DNA of 59,430 nucleotides from an uncultured Rikenellaceae bacterium (GTDB lineage Bacteria > Bacteroidota > Bacteroidia > Bacteroidales > VadinHA17), in assembly GCA_964516485.1 (NCBI GenBank), contig CAZEYY010000002.1:3047-62476 (forward strand). The letters are read 5' to 3'. The stretch's first letter is position 1. Each line of letters starts with the position of its first letter. Shown here one piece after another: positions 35,791-43,319 of this stretch. The notes under the pieces were generated by a model. The model had not been told where the DNA came from. It saw nothing but the letters and a program-made list of their open reading frames with translations, and did not search any database. The translations under genes and the position numbers were made by a program.

Positions 35791-36894
35791 ATGAAAAAAA
35801 TTGCTTATCTGTTCTCAGTACTTTTACTTCTGGCTTCATGCTCTTCAGAAAATCATTACCTCGTCAAGGGAAAAATAGATGGATCAGACAGTATCACATT
35901 CTATCTCCAGAAACGTGAAGCTGGTAAACTTGTCAATATCGACTCTGCAGTTTCAAAAAATGGAAGCTTTACATTCAATGGCGGGGCGGTTGATTATCCT
36001 CAGCTTGTTCAGCTTGTTGCAGGCGATACCAGGAAAAGGACTTCGTTCTATCTTGAGAATTCAGTTATTAAAATAGAAGGAACACTTGATTCCCTGTTCA
36101 AAGCTGAGATAAGCGGATCATCAGCCCAGGATGAGTACAGGACTCTGATTGATGCAAATAAATCGCTGACAGACATCTACTCAGGCATAATAGCTGAATA
36201 CCAGCAGGCTTCAAAGGATGGAAATTCAGCATTACTTTCGGTAATTGAAAAGAAAGCTGATTCAGTTCAGAATGAGATGCTTAAGAACCAGAAGAATTTT
36301 ATTTCTGATCATCCTGCCTCTTATGTTACTCCTTCAATCCTTTCAAGTATCAGCTACGATATGGAAGCTGAAGAAATTGAAGGTATGATAAACAATCTTG
36401 ATACTGCTATTGCAGCTCTTCCGCAGATGAAGGCCCTTAAGGAAAGGGTGATCAATATGAAGACCGTGGCAACAGGACAGAAGGCTCCTGATTTCACAAT
36501 GAACGATGTTAACGGTAACCCTGTTTCCCTGTATTCAAAAGTCGGTTCAAAACTACTTCTGATTGACTTCTGGGCCGCATGGTGCGGTCCCTGCAGAAGG
36601 GAGAATCCGAATGTCGTAAAAGTCTATGCGGAATTCAATAAGAAAGGATTTGATGTATTCGGTGTGTCACTTGACCAGAAAAAGGAAGACTGGCTTAAGG
36701 CTATTGAAGACGACAAACTGACATGGACTCATGTATCGGACCTTCAATACTGGAGCAATTCAGCTGCAAAAACTTATGCAGTAAGTTCAATTCCTTCAAA
36801 TTTTCTGCTTGACGAAACAGGAACTATTATAGGAAAGAATCTCAGGGGAGAAGACCTGTATAACAAGGTTAAAGAGATTCTGGAAAGCAAGTAA
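35791..36894 (+). CDS. TlpA/ResA-family thiol:disulfide oxidoreductase lipoprotein with N-terminal DUF4369-like domain
   Basis: It has a lipobox (LLLASC) and a thioredoxin fold with the active site WAAWCGPCRRENP. Confidence 0.85.
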   Translation: MKKIAYLFSVLLLLASCSSENHYLVKGKIDGSDSITFYLQKREAGKLVNIDSAVSKNGSFTFNGGAVDYPQLVQLVAGDTRKRTSFYLENSVIKIEGTLDSLFKAEISGSSAQDEYRTLIDANKSLTDIYSGIIAEYQQASKDGNSALLSVIEKKADSVQNEMLKNQKNFISDHPASYVTPSILSSISYDMEAEEIEGMINNLDTAIAALPQMKALKERVINMKTVATGQKAPDFTMNDVNGNPVSLYSKVGSKLLLIDFWAAWCGPCRRENPNVVKVYAEFNKKGFDVFGVSLDQKKEDWLKAIEDDKLTWTHVSDLQYWSNSAAKTYAVSSIPSNFLLDETGTIIGKNLRGEDLYNKVKEILESK

Positions 36895-36918
36895 GCTCTT
36901 TTTAACCACAAAGAACAA

Positions 36919-36949
36919 AAAGTCCTGATAGCTATCGGGACTTTTTTTT
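36919..36949 (+). terminator. Rho-independent terminator after the TlpA-like gene
   Basis: The hairpin is aaagtcctgat-agct-atcgggacttt followed by a T8 run. Confidence 0.65.
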
Positions 36950-36957
36950 GACTTTTT

Positions 36958-38508
36958 TCAGCTGATTACCTCAACCTCAATATTAAGCATTCTGCACAGC
37001 TTTACCAGCTGTTCGGAATAATCACCGTAAACCCATGGCAGATGATTGCCATAATCTGACTGTTTTCTGACAAACTCTCTTGCTGTCCCGCTATCTCTGC
37101 CAACCATGTAGGCTATGTCGTGGCATCCTATTGTCTCGTCATCCCATCCCTTTGAACCGGTAAGAACTCCTTTGAGAACAAGGATCCCTTTACCATGAGG
37201 ATTCATTCTTGCAACAGTAATGTCCTTTGTGTCATTTTTCATGAAATCGACAATGACCTTTGTTCCCCAGCCCGAGTCGACAAAATGTGAAAGCTGATAG
37301 GGTAGTCCGGGTTTGTCAAAACCATTCATCTTAATGCCCGGAACACTGTGATTGACAGCCATTGTACCCTTTCCCATTTCAGGATAATAGAACATGTTCC
37401 CGAAATGAGGTGATTTGTTCGACAACAGCATGAGTAAATGCATTGGTAGCAGTCCTCCGAGATCCCCTTCACAGGCTGAGGGTATTCCCATATCCTTCAG
37501 CATTGTATGTATAAGGCAGGGAGTAATATTCCACTTCTCGGGAAGCCTGCTGGTGCAAAATTCAAAGCATTCTATTGTAAAAGCATTGCAGCTGTGCCTC
37601 TTCATAAGGTTCACAACAGTCAGGTAAAACTCCATGCTGTTTGCCACGTACTTTCTGTTTATGAATGACCGGCTTGCTCCCTCATAAACTGTATCAGCCA
37701 TACCCGCTGCATCCTTTCTGGCGGCATTGTCGCTTCTTACCCTTTCCATTTCCTTCGACATTTCATCATATGAAATAACATGCAGCTCAATCCCAAACAG
37801 TTCCTTCAGCTTAAGAGGATCGTTGATTCCGGCAACACTGCACACCGACGGCCATTTCCAGTCGGTAGGAAAAAGAACCCGTGTTTTTGAAAAGTTCTTC
37901 CGTGCCTTGAGAAGTGTCAGTATCTGGTTCAGGTTTTCCACCTCGTCGGGGATGTAGCATTCAAGCCCGTGACTTCTGCAGTAAGCTGCAACATCAACGG
38001 TACGGCAGTTTGGACCCCAGCTGAGGATAACCGGCTTATTGTACCGCACTGCAACCTGGTAATCAGATATTGAGCAACCGTAAGGATTAAGGAAGATGAC
38101 ATCGGCTTTTCTGGCATCCTCATCAATTTTCCGGAACTCATCCTCTGTAATCCTGAAATCCTGTGTAAAACTGATCATTCCCGGCTCAAGCAGGGTAGCA
38201 ATTGACATATCGAAGGTGCCTCCGTTTATGCTTTTTCTGAATGATTCGAATTGTTTTGAAGCAGCTTCTAGTTCCGAATCCTTTGATTCCCCTTTCCATC
38301 TGCATGGCCCTTCCCACACTGCTGTATGGTACATGGCAGTCATTACAGGTTTTACAATAAGCTTATCAAGATACGGGCTTGGAATATCGATTTGAACGGG
38401 AATCCCTGTTGAGCTTTCGAACAGCTTGTTCATATACAGTCCGTTGATTATTGCAGGACCGGAAACAGTGGCAATGGCGCCCTGCCTGATGAATTCTCTG
38501 CGATGCAT
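36958..38508 (-). CDS. Twin-arginine-signal protein, possibly L-fucose/L-arabinose-isomerase-like fold; function unknown
   Basis: The N-terminus MHRREFIRQGAIATVSG fits the RRxF[IL][KR] Tat motif. The C-terminal blocks PSACEGDLGGLLPMHLL and GNHLPWVYGDYSEQLVKLCRMLNIEVEV resemble FucI/AraA-superfamily C-domains as I remember them. Confidence 0.45.
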   Translation of the reverse strand: MHRREFIRQGAIATVSGPAIINGLYMNKLFESSTGIPVQIDIPSPYLDKLIVKPVMTAMYHTAVWEGPCRWKGESKDSELEAASKQFESFRKSINGGTFDMSIATLLEPGMISFTQDFRITEDEFRKIDEDARKADVIFLNPYGCSISDYQVAVRYNKPVILSWGPNCRTVDVAAYCRSHGLECYIPDEVENLNQILTLLKARKNFSKTRVLFPTDWKWPSVCSVAGINDPLKLKELFGIELHVISYDEMSKEMERVRSDNAARKDAAGMADTVYEGASRSFINRKYVANSMEFYLTVVNLMKRHSCNAFTIECFEFCTSRLPEKWNITPCLIHTMLKDMGIPSACEGDLGGLLPMHLLMLLSNKSPHFGNMFYYPEMGKGTMAVNHSVPGIKMNGFDKPGLPYQLSHFVDSGWGTKVIVDFMKNDTKDITVARMNPHGKGILVLKGVLTGSKGWDDETIGCHDIAYMVGRDSGTAREFVRKQSDYGNHLPWVYGDYSEQLVKLCRMLNIEVEVIS

Positions 38509-38533
38509 GGTATCGGGTTTAATTGTTAGTGTG

Positions 38534-38551
38534 CTGTTAATTAATTAACAG
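38534..38551. promoter_or_regulatory. Perfect 18-nt palindrome CTGTTAATTAATTAACAG between the response regulator and the Tat-signal gene
   Basis: It is exactly self-complementary and lies 26-43 nt upstream of the ATG at 38508. It contains the TTAAC core that also appears at 40720-40748. Confidence 0.35.
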
Positions 38552-38575
38552 AGCCCTGATCCCGCTGCCTTCTCA

Positions 38576-39253
38576 TCATTGTTCGTTCAGCACCTCCAGG
38601 ATAAATAATGTTCCCCTGAAAGTCCTGATATCAATGTTTCTGTCATTCTGGACATATTTCCTGAGCCTGCTGATGAAAACATCCATGCTTCTTCCCAGAA
38701 AATAGTCATCTTCTCCCCAAATTTCAGTAAGAATATCCTCTCTTGCAAGTATTTTATTCTTATTTATCATGAAATATTTGAGAAGCTGGGCTTCTTTTAG
38801 AGTGAGCTTCTCTTTCGTATCACCACATACAAGTTCCAGGGTGTTGAATTTGAGAACAGTCCCTGATACTGTGTATTCATCGTTTGATGATGAATAAGCC
38901 CTTTTAAGGATATTATTAAGCCTGAGGATAAGTATTTCAGGATCAAATGGTTTTGTTATGTAATCGTCAGCTCCTATTTTCAAACCACGCACTATATCTT
39001 CCTTAAGGCTCCTGGCAGTAAGAAAGATTATCGGGATATCAATATCCTTTTCCTTTATTTTTTCTGCAAGCGTGAACCCATCCATTTCGGGCATCATCAC
39101 ATCAAGAACGCAGATATCGGGTTTATCGGCCTGGAACATTTCCCAGGCTTCTTTGCCATCGTGTGCATGTTTGACAACAAAGCCGTTAATTGAGACATAC
39201 TGGGCAAGGATGGTTCCAAAATCCCTGTCATCTTCAGCCAAAAGAACTTTCAT
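38576..39253 (-). CDS. OmpR/PhoB-family response regulator
   Basis: The receiver domain has the blocks VLLAEDD, the phospho-acceptor region ICVLDVMMPEMDG, and ADDYITKPF. A winged-helix Trans_reg_C domain follows. Confidence 0.9.
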   Translation of the reverse strand: MKVLLAEDDRDFGTILAQYVSINGFVVKHAHDGKEAWEMFQADKPDICVLDVMMPEMDGFTLAEKIKEKDIDIPIIFLTARSLKEDIVRGLKIGADDYITKPFDPEILILRLNNILKRAYSSSNDEYTVSGTVLKFNTLELVCGDTKEKLTLKEAQLLKYFMINKNKILAREDILTEIWGEDDYFLGRSMDVFISRLRKYVQNDRNIDIRTFRGTLFILEVLNEQ

Positions 39254-39263
39254 CTTGTATAAA

Positions 39264-40658
39264 TTAATAAGGTATGTTTATTGTAAATGTACTTCCTTTT
39301 CCCGGTTTGCTGTTTACACTGACATCTCCACCGTGTGCCTCGGCTATCTTCTTAACATAGTAAAGGCCTAGTCCCAAACCTTTGAATTTGTGAATATTGC
39401 CCGTGTGTGCCCTGTAAAACTTGTCAAAGATATGCTTCTGGTCATTTTTATTAATACCAATACCATTGTCAGTGACCTTAATGAATATACCTTCCTCCGA
39501 TCTGAAGCCTTCAACTTCTATCACCGGCTGCTTATCGGAGTATTTTACAGCATTTGAAAGCAGGTTATTCAGCATTGTTGTAAAATAGACCACATCGAGC
39601 TCGGCTTTAATTCCCTTCAGGTCATATTTCTTTATAATTTGTGCATTATTACCGCCTCCTGTCCTGAAGCTTTCGACAATGTCATCCATAAGCTCCTCAA
39701 TATCAATATTTTTCTTTTCGAGCTCAAACTGTGTTCTTTCCCACATGCTTATTTCGAGTATCATGTTTATGAGCTGGTTGAGATGGACGCTTTGTTTTCC
39801 TATTAGCCTGGCTGTTTCAACTATCTTTTCATCGTTGCTTCTGATAAGTGGCATTTCAAGTGTTTTGCCGGCTACAGTTATTGTCGACAGAGGTGTTTTC
39901 AGCTCGTGGGTCATGTTGTTTATGAAGTCGGTTTTAAGGTTTGAAAGCCTTTTTTCCTCCATCAGGTTCCTGTATGTTATTATGAATATTGTAACAACCA
40001 CTATAATGCTGAAGATACTCAGCAGCAAGGTTGCTGCAGACTCGCGGAGTATATACTGCTGTTTGTCGGAAAAATCAATGTAATAATCAAACATCAGGCG
40101 GTAATTATTATCTTCCATGACCTTTGGCACAACAAGGATCTTCGAGCCGTTCTCCTCGTCCTGGCCTGCTTTGACTTTTGTCTCTTTTCCGGAAATAGCA
40201 GGTCCTGTTCTCCTGTGGACTACAGGAATTGTGTCTGAGGCAATAAATTCAAGATCATTAATTACTATTGAATGGACAAAGTTTTTTTCCCACCCTCTTC
40301 TTTCAAAATAAGCTGCAAGCATTGCCGAAAGATCCTGTTCCTTGTCAAGGGCGATTGTGAAATATTTCAGTATCTCCTGTTTCTTATTATAAAGAGCAGC
40401 TGAGTCCTGTGCATCAGATAGTTCTCTGGCTGCCTGTTCAGAATACTTGCTTAGAACATACCTTACTGTATCGAAACCATCTGAGCCAAGTCGTCTGTTT
40501 ATAAAGTAGAGGGCTTCCTGGGATCTCATTGTGTATCTTAATCCGAACATTTCATTCTTCTGATTCCAGATGCCGCCTACAATAATAACCTGAACTGAAG
40601 CAAGTATTATGATTGAAGCTATTCCCAGTATCAGGACACTGTTCCTCTTTCTCATCAT
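39264..40658 (-). CDS. Sensor histidine kinase (two TM helices, ~180-aa periplasmic domain, HisKA + HATPase_c)
   Basis: It has the H-box FINNMTHELKTPL, the N-box LLSNAVKYS, the G-boxes DNGIGI and GLGLGL, and TM helices near residues 8-30 and 210-232. Confidence 0.88.
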   Translation of the reverse strand: MMRKRNSVLILGIASIIILASVQVIIVGGIWNQKNEMFGLRYTMRSQEALYFINRRLGSDGFDTVRYVLSKYSEQAARELSDAQDSAALYNKKQEILKYFTIALDKEQDLSAMLAAYFERRGWEKNFVHSIVINDLEFIASDTIPVVHRRTGPAISGKETKVKAGQDEENGSKILVVPKVMEDNNYRLMFDYYIDFSDKQQYILRESAATLLLSIFSIIVVVTIFIITYRNLMEEKRLSNLKTDFINNMTHELKTPLSTITVAGKTLEMPLIRSNDEKIVETARLIGKQSVHLNQLINMILEISMWERTQFELEKKNIDIEELMDDIVESFRTGGGNNAQIIKKYDLKGIKAELDVVYFTTMLNNLLSNAVKYSDKQPVIEVEGFRSEEGIFIKVTDNGIGINKNDQKHIFDKFYRAHTGNIHKFKGLGLGLYYVKKIAEAHGGDVSVNSKPGKGSTFTINIPY

Positions 40659-40674
40659 TGAAGTTTATCTTCTT

Positions 40675-40682
40675 CAAAATTA
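40675..40682 (-). promoter_or_regulatory. Candidate -7 box (TAatTTTG) for the kinase/regulator operon
   Basis: The minus strand reads taattttg 17 nt upstream of the ATG at 40658. Confidence 0.3.
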
Positions 40683-40719
40683 TTCATTTATTTAATATTC
40701 GTTACCCGGGCCTAAGACA

Positions 40720-40748
40720 TTAACCCTGTGTTAACCCGGTATTAACAC
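40720..40748 (+). promoter_or_regulatory. Three direct repeats TTAACCC / TTAACCC / TTAACAC at exact 11-bp spacing (candidate OmpR-family binding site)
   Basis: The repeats start at 40720, 40731 and 40742. They lie in the 143-nt divergent region between the kinase gene and the gene at 40802. Confidence 0.4.
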
Positions 40749-40801
40749 TGCATGATTTTCAGTGGCCTTATCTTTACACTATAAAATTAAATGCAGCAGC
40801 C

Positions 40802-41530
40802 ATGAAAAAGTCAAATTCAGTTTTAATAGCAGTTCTTCTTCTTGTTTTACCTTTGTTTATGCAGCAGGTTAATGCCCAGAAGAGCGAATCGGATAAGGAG
40901 AAGGAGAAAAAGATCCAGATGGAAATTGAGCAGCAGAAAAAGACAATGTCAGAGCAGTATAAAGCCCAGGAGGATGCTCTGAAGGAAGCTCAGCAGGCTC
41001 AGAAAGAAGCACAGAAGGAACTTGAAAAATCGATGAAGGATATGGACATTGAAGTTTTGACCGAGGAGTTTGAAGGCGGTGATGACGGAGATGTCATGAG
41101 GGTAATCGGAAGAAGGGGAGACAGGTCATTCAGGTTCGAGCAGCCTATGGTGTGGTCTTCAACCGGTCCCGGAAATTTTCATACTTTCACCTATGGCGAC
41201 AATGCCCAGATGACAAGGTGGGAATTCTCAAAGAATATAAAAGAGGGAAGCTTCTCGAAGGAGTACGGTTTTGATGTTGAGAAAACAGCAAAGTCAGTTG
41301 TAATGTCAGTTAACGGCGACTGCAAGGATGGCGAGATCAGGATAAAGATCACAATGCCCAACGGAAAGACATATTCTGAAATTCTGATTGATGAGTCAGG
41401 CAGCCTGAACTGGAGAAAGTCATTCTCGATTACCGACACTGAAAATCAGGACAAAGCAGGTGAATGGAAATATCAGATTTCCGCGTCAAAAGCTACAGGA
41501 TACTTCAAGATATCGCTTCAGACCAATTAG
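40802..41530 (+). CDS. Secreted hypothetical protein with K/E/Q-rich coiled-coil segment and beta-rich C-terminal domain
   Basis: It has the signal peptide LIAVLLLVLPLFMQQVNAQ and the helical low-complexity segment KEKEKKIQMEIEQQKKTMSEQYKAQEDALKEAQQAQKEAQKELEK. I recognise no family motif. Confidence 0.6.
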   Translation: MKKSNSVLIAVLLLVLPLFMQQVNAQKSESDKEKEKKIQMEIEQQKKTMSEQYKAQEDALKEAQQAQKEAQKELEKSMKDMDIEVLTEEFEGGDDGDVMRVIGRRGDRSFRFEQPMVWSSTGPGNFHTFTYGDNAQMTRWEFSKNIKEGSFSKEYGFDVEKTAKSVVMSVNGDCKDGEIRIKITMPNGKTYSEILIDESGSLNWRKSFSITDTENQDKAGEWKYQISASKATGYFKISLQTN

Positions 41531-41553
41531 TTAAGTTTTCATTCCTGAGATGT

Positions 41554-41577
41554 AAGGGGCCATCAACGGCCCCTTTT
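41554..41577. terminator. Bidirectional terminator between the convergent 40802 gene and the M14 operon
   Basis: The hairpin is aaggggcc-atcaac-ggcccctt, a perfect 8-bp GC-rich stem followed by T residues. Confidence 0.65.
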
Positions 41578-43296
41578 CTATTTTGCCTTTGCACTTGTAT
41601 TACCACCTTTTTCGCTTTCAACCTTCACGGTAAATTCACTGCCTCCTTTTACTATCCATCTCAGGTCAACCTGTGAATTACCGGCGATATTCTTTATTTC
41701 GAGTCGTTTTGGATTCTTTTTCTGCTCAGTGGTATTATTCAGTAGCTTGTCGTTCACTATCATAGCTGCTATTACAGAGCCTCCTTCAAGCGATACATAT
41801 ACCGGATGGTCGATTCTGAACTTCATGTTGGAAGCCGAATGTGTGGGAATTGCCCTTGTATTGGCAACTGTTGCTGATACTTCCTTCAATCCGCCATCAA
41901 TGTTTTTTATACTTATATTTTTTATTTCAAGAACAGGAAGCTGATTTGCGTTATAGATACAGAATGCTGCATTTCTGTGAGCATCGGTTTCGAGCATAAA
42001 ACCAGGATGAAGCCTTCCGAAGTTCTTTTTAAAACCGCCTATTTCAATCTCTCCGTACTGAGGGTGATTTACTTTCTGCCACGGTACAAAGGCATCGTCA
42101 AATAGCAGAAGCCTGTCAAAGTCGTACTGATCGGTATTGGCAGTATCGTAAAACATGAGGTAAGGATTCCATAATTCATTTGAGAATACAAAGATGCCGT
42201 TTCCATGCATCCAGTCGAGCTCTCCGCCCCACACTGTGTACATGTCCTTCCAGATTGTAAGTAACCTGTAGCCGGGAATTATCTTTTCACCAATTTCTCC
42301 TATTGAATTGATGACTTCATCATCCTGCCTGCTGTAGACTTCGGCACCGCCTCCTTTTATTGAAGGTCCTCTCAGTATCATTCCTCCGGTGTTATGGAAT
42401 GACTGTGATCCTGAAATGTTGGGATGTCTGGCAATGAAGTCCCTTACAGCCTGATTTTCTGGAAAGGTGAAAGGGTATTTATCAGCTCCGTTCTGAACAT
42501 AATTTGGCTCCCAGTTAAATCCCCAGTCGCGGTTTCCGTCATACCCGCCCGGAGTATCTTCATTTATAAGCCCATCACCGTCGTTGTCAATTCCTTCTAT
42601 TCCAAGGTAGTCATATTCGCCTGTTTCTCCGGGTTTTACCCTTATCATTTTTCTCGGATCGGAGGGATCAGTCCTCATCGTTCCTGACGGGTTTTTGATA
42701 CGCATAATGCTTATCTCCCCGTCTCCGTTCAGATCATCAAAGCCGTCTTCATCTAACAATCCATCCCTGTCATTGTCTCTTGGGGCCAGACCGGATCTTG
42801 GAGGTACTGTCTGTGAAGTGAAAAACTCACGGCCATCAGGATTGATTGTGGGTGCAATATAAAAGGTCTTTTCGGCAAGGAGTTTTTTGATGAATTCATT
42901 ATCAGCGTACATCTCGCACAGATACCAGGCAGTGTAAAGCGCCATTTCTGTACCCTGCAGCTCAACGGAATGGATATTTCCGTCAATCCAGTATCCGGGT
43001 TTGCCGGAAGGATCTTTTGCTTTTTTGTCGCTTATTGTAAGAAGAACGATATCGCGTCCCTGATAGGATTTACCTATTACTTCAAGTGATACAAGGTCGG
43101 GATAAGCCTTTGACAATTGTGTACACAGGTCGGTAACGCCCTGGTTTGTGTAGTACTTGTTCCAGGATGCCTTTACCTTCGGATTGACAGGTGATCCTGC
43201 AGCTTTGTAGAAAAACTTATCTGTCTGCGACCAGGAATATACCGGGACAGCAAGCAACAGAAGAAGAAATATTGTTTTGGAAAAATAATTTTTCAT
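41578..43296 (-). CDS. M14 family zinc carboxypeptidase with Asp-rich (DxDxDG-like) inserts; catalytic residues intact
   Basis: It has a signal peptide, the zinc motif HSVE (HxxE), the blocks INPDGRE and SFHNTGG (third zinc ligand), and SNELW (general-base Glu). The inserts read DNDRDGLLDEDGFDDLNGDGE and DNDGDGLINED. Confidence 0.8.
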   Translation of the reverse strand: MKNYFSKTIFLLLLLAVPVYSWSQTDKFFYKAAGSPVNPKVKASWNKYYTNQGVTDLCTQLSKAYPDLVSLEVIGKSYQGRDIVLLTISDKKAKDPSGKPGYWIDGNIHSVELQGTEMALYTAWYLCEMYADNEFIKKLLAEKTFYIAPTINPDGREFFTSQTVPPRSGLAPRDNDRDGLLDEDGFDDLNGDGEISIMRIKNPSGTMRTDPSDPRKMIRVKPGETGEYDYLGIEGIDNDGDGLINEDTPGGYDGNRDWGFNWEPNYVQNGADKYPFTFPENQAVRDFIARHPNISGSQSFHNTGGMILRGPSIKGGGAEVYSRQDDEVINSIGEIGEKIIPGYRLLTIWKDMYTVWGGELDWMHGNGIFVFSNELWNPYLMFYDTANTDQYDFDRLLLFDDAFVPWQKVNHPQYGEIEIGGFKKNFGRLHPGFMLETDAHRNAAFCIYNANQLPVLEIKNISIKNIDGGLKEVSATVANTRAIPTHSASNMKFRIDHPVYVSLEGGSVIAAMIVNDKLLNNTTEQKKNPKRLEIKNIAGNSQVDLRWIVKGGSEFTVKVESEKGGNTSAKAK

Positions 43297-43319
43297 TCGG
43301 GTATTTCTTAGAAGATTAA

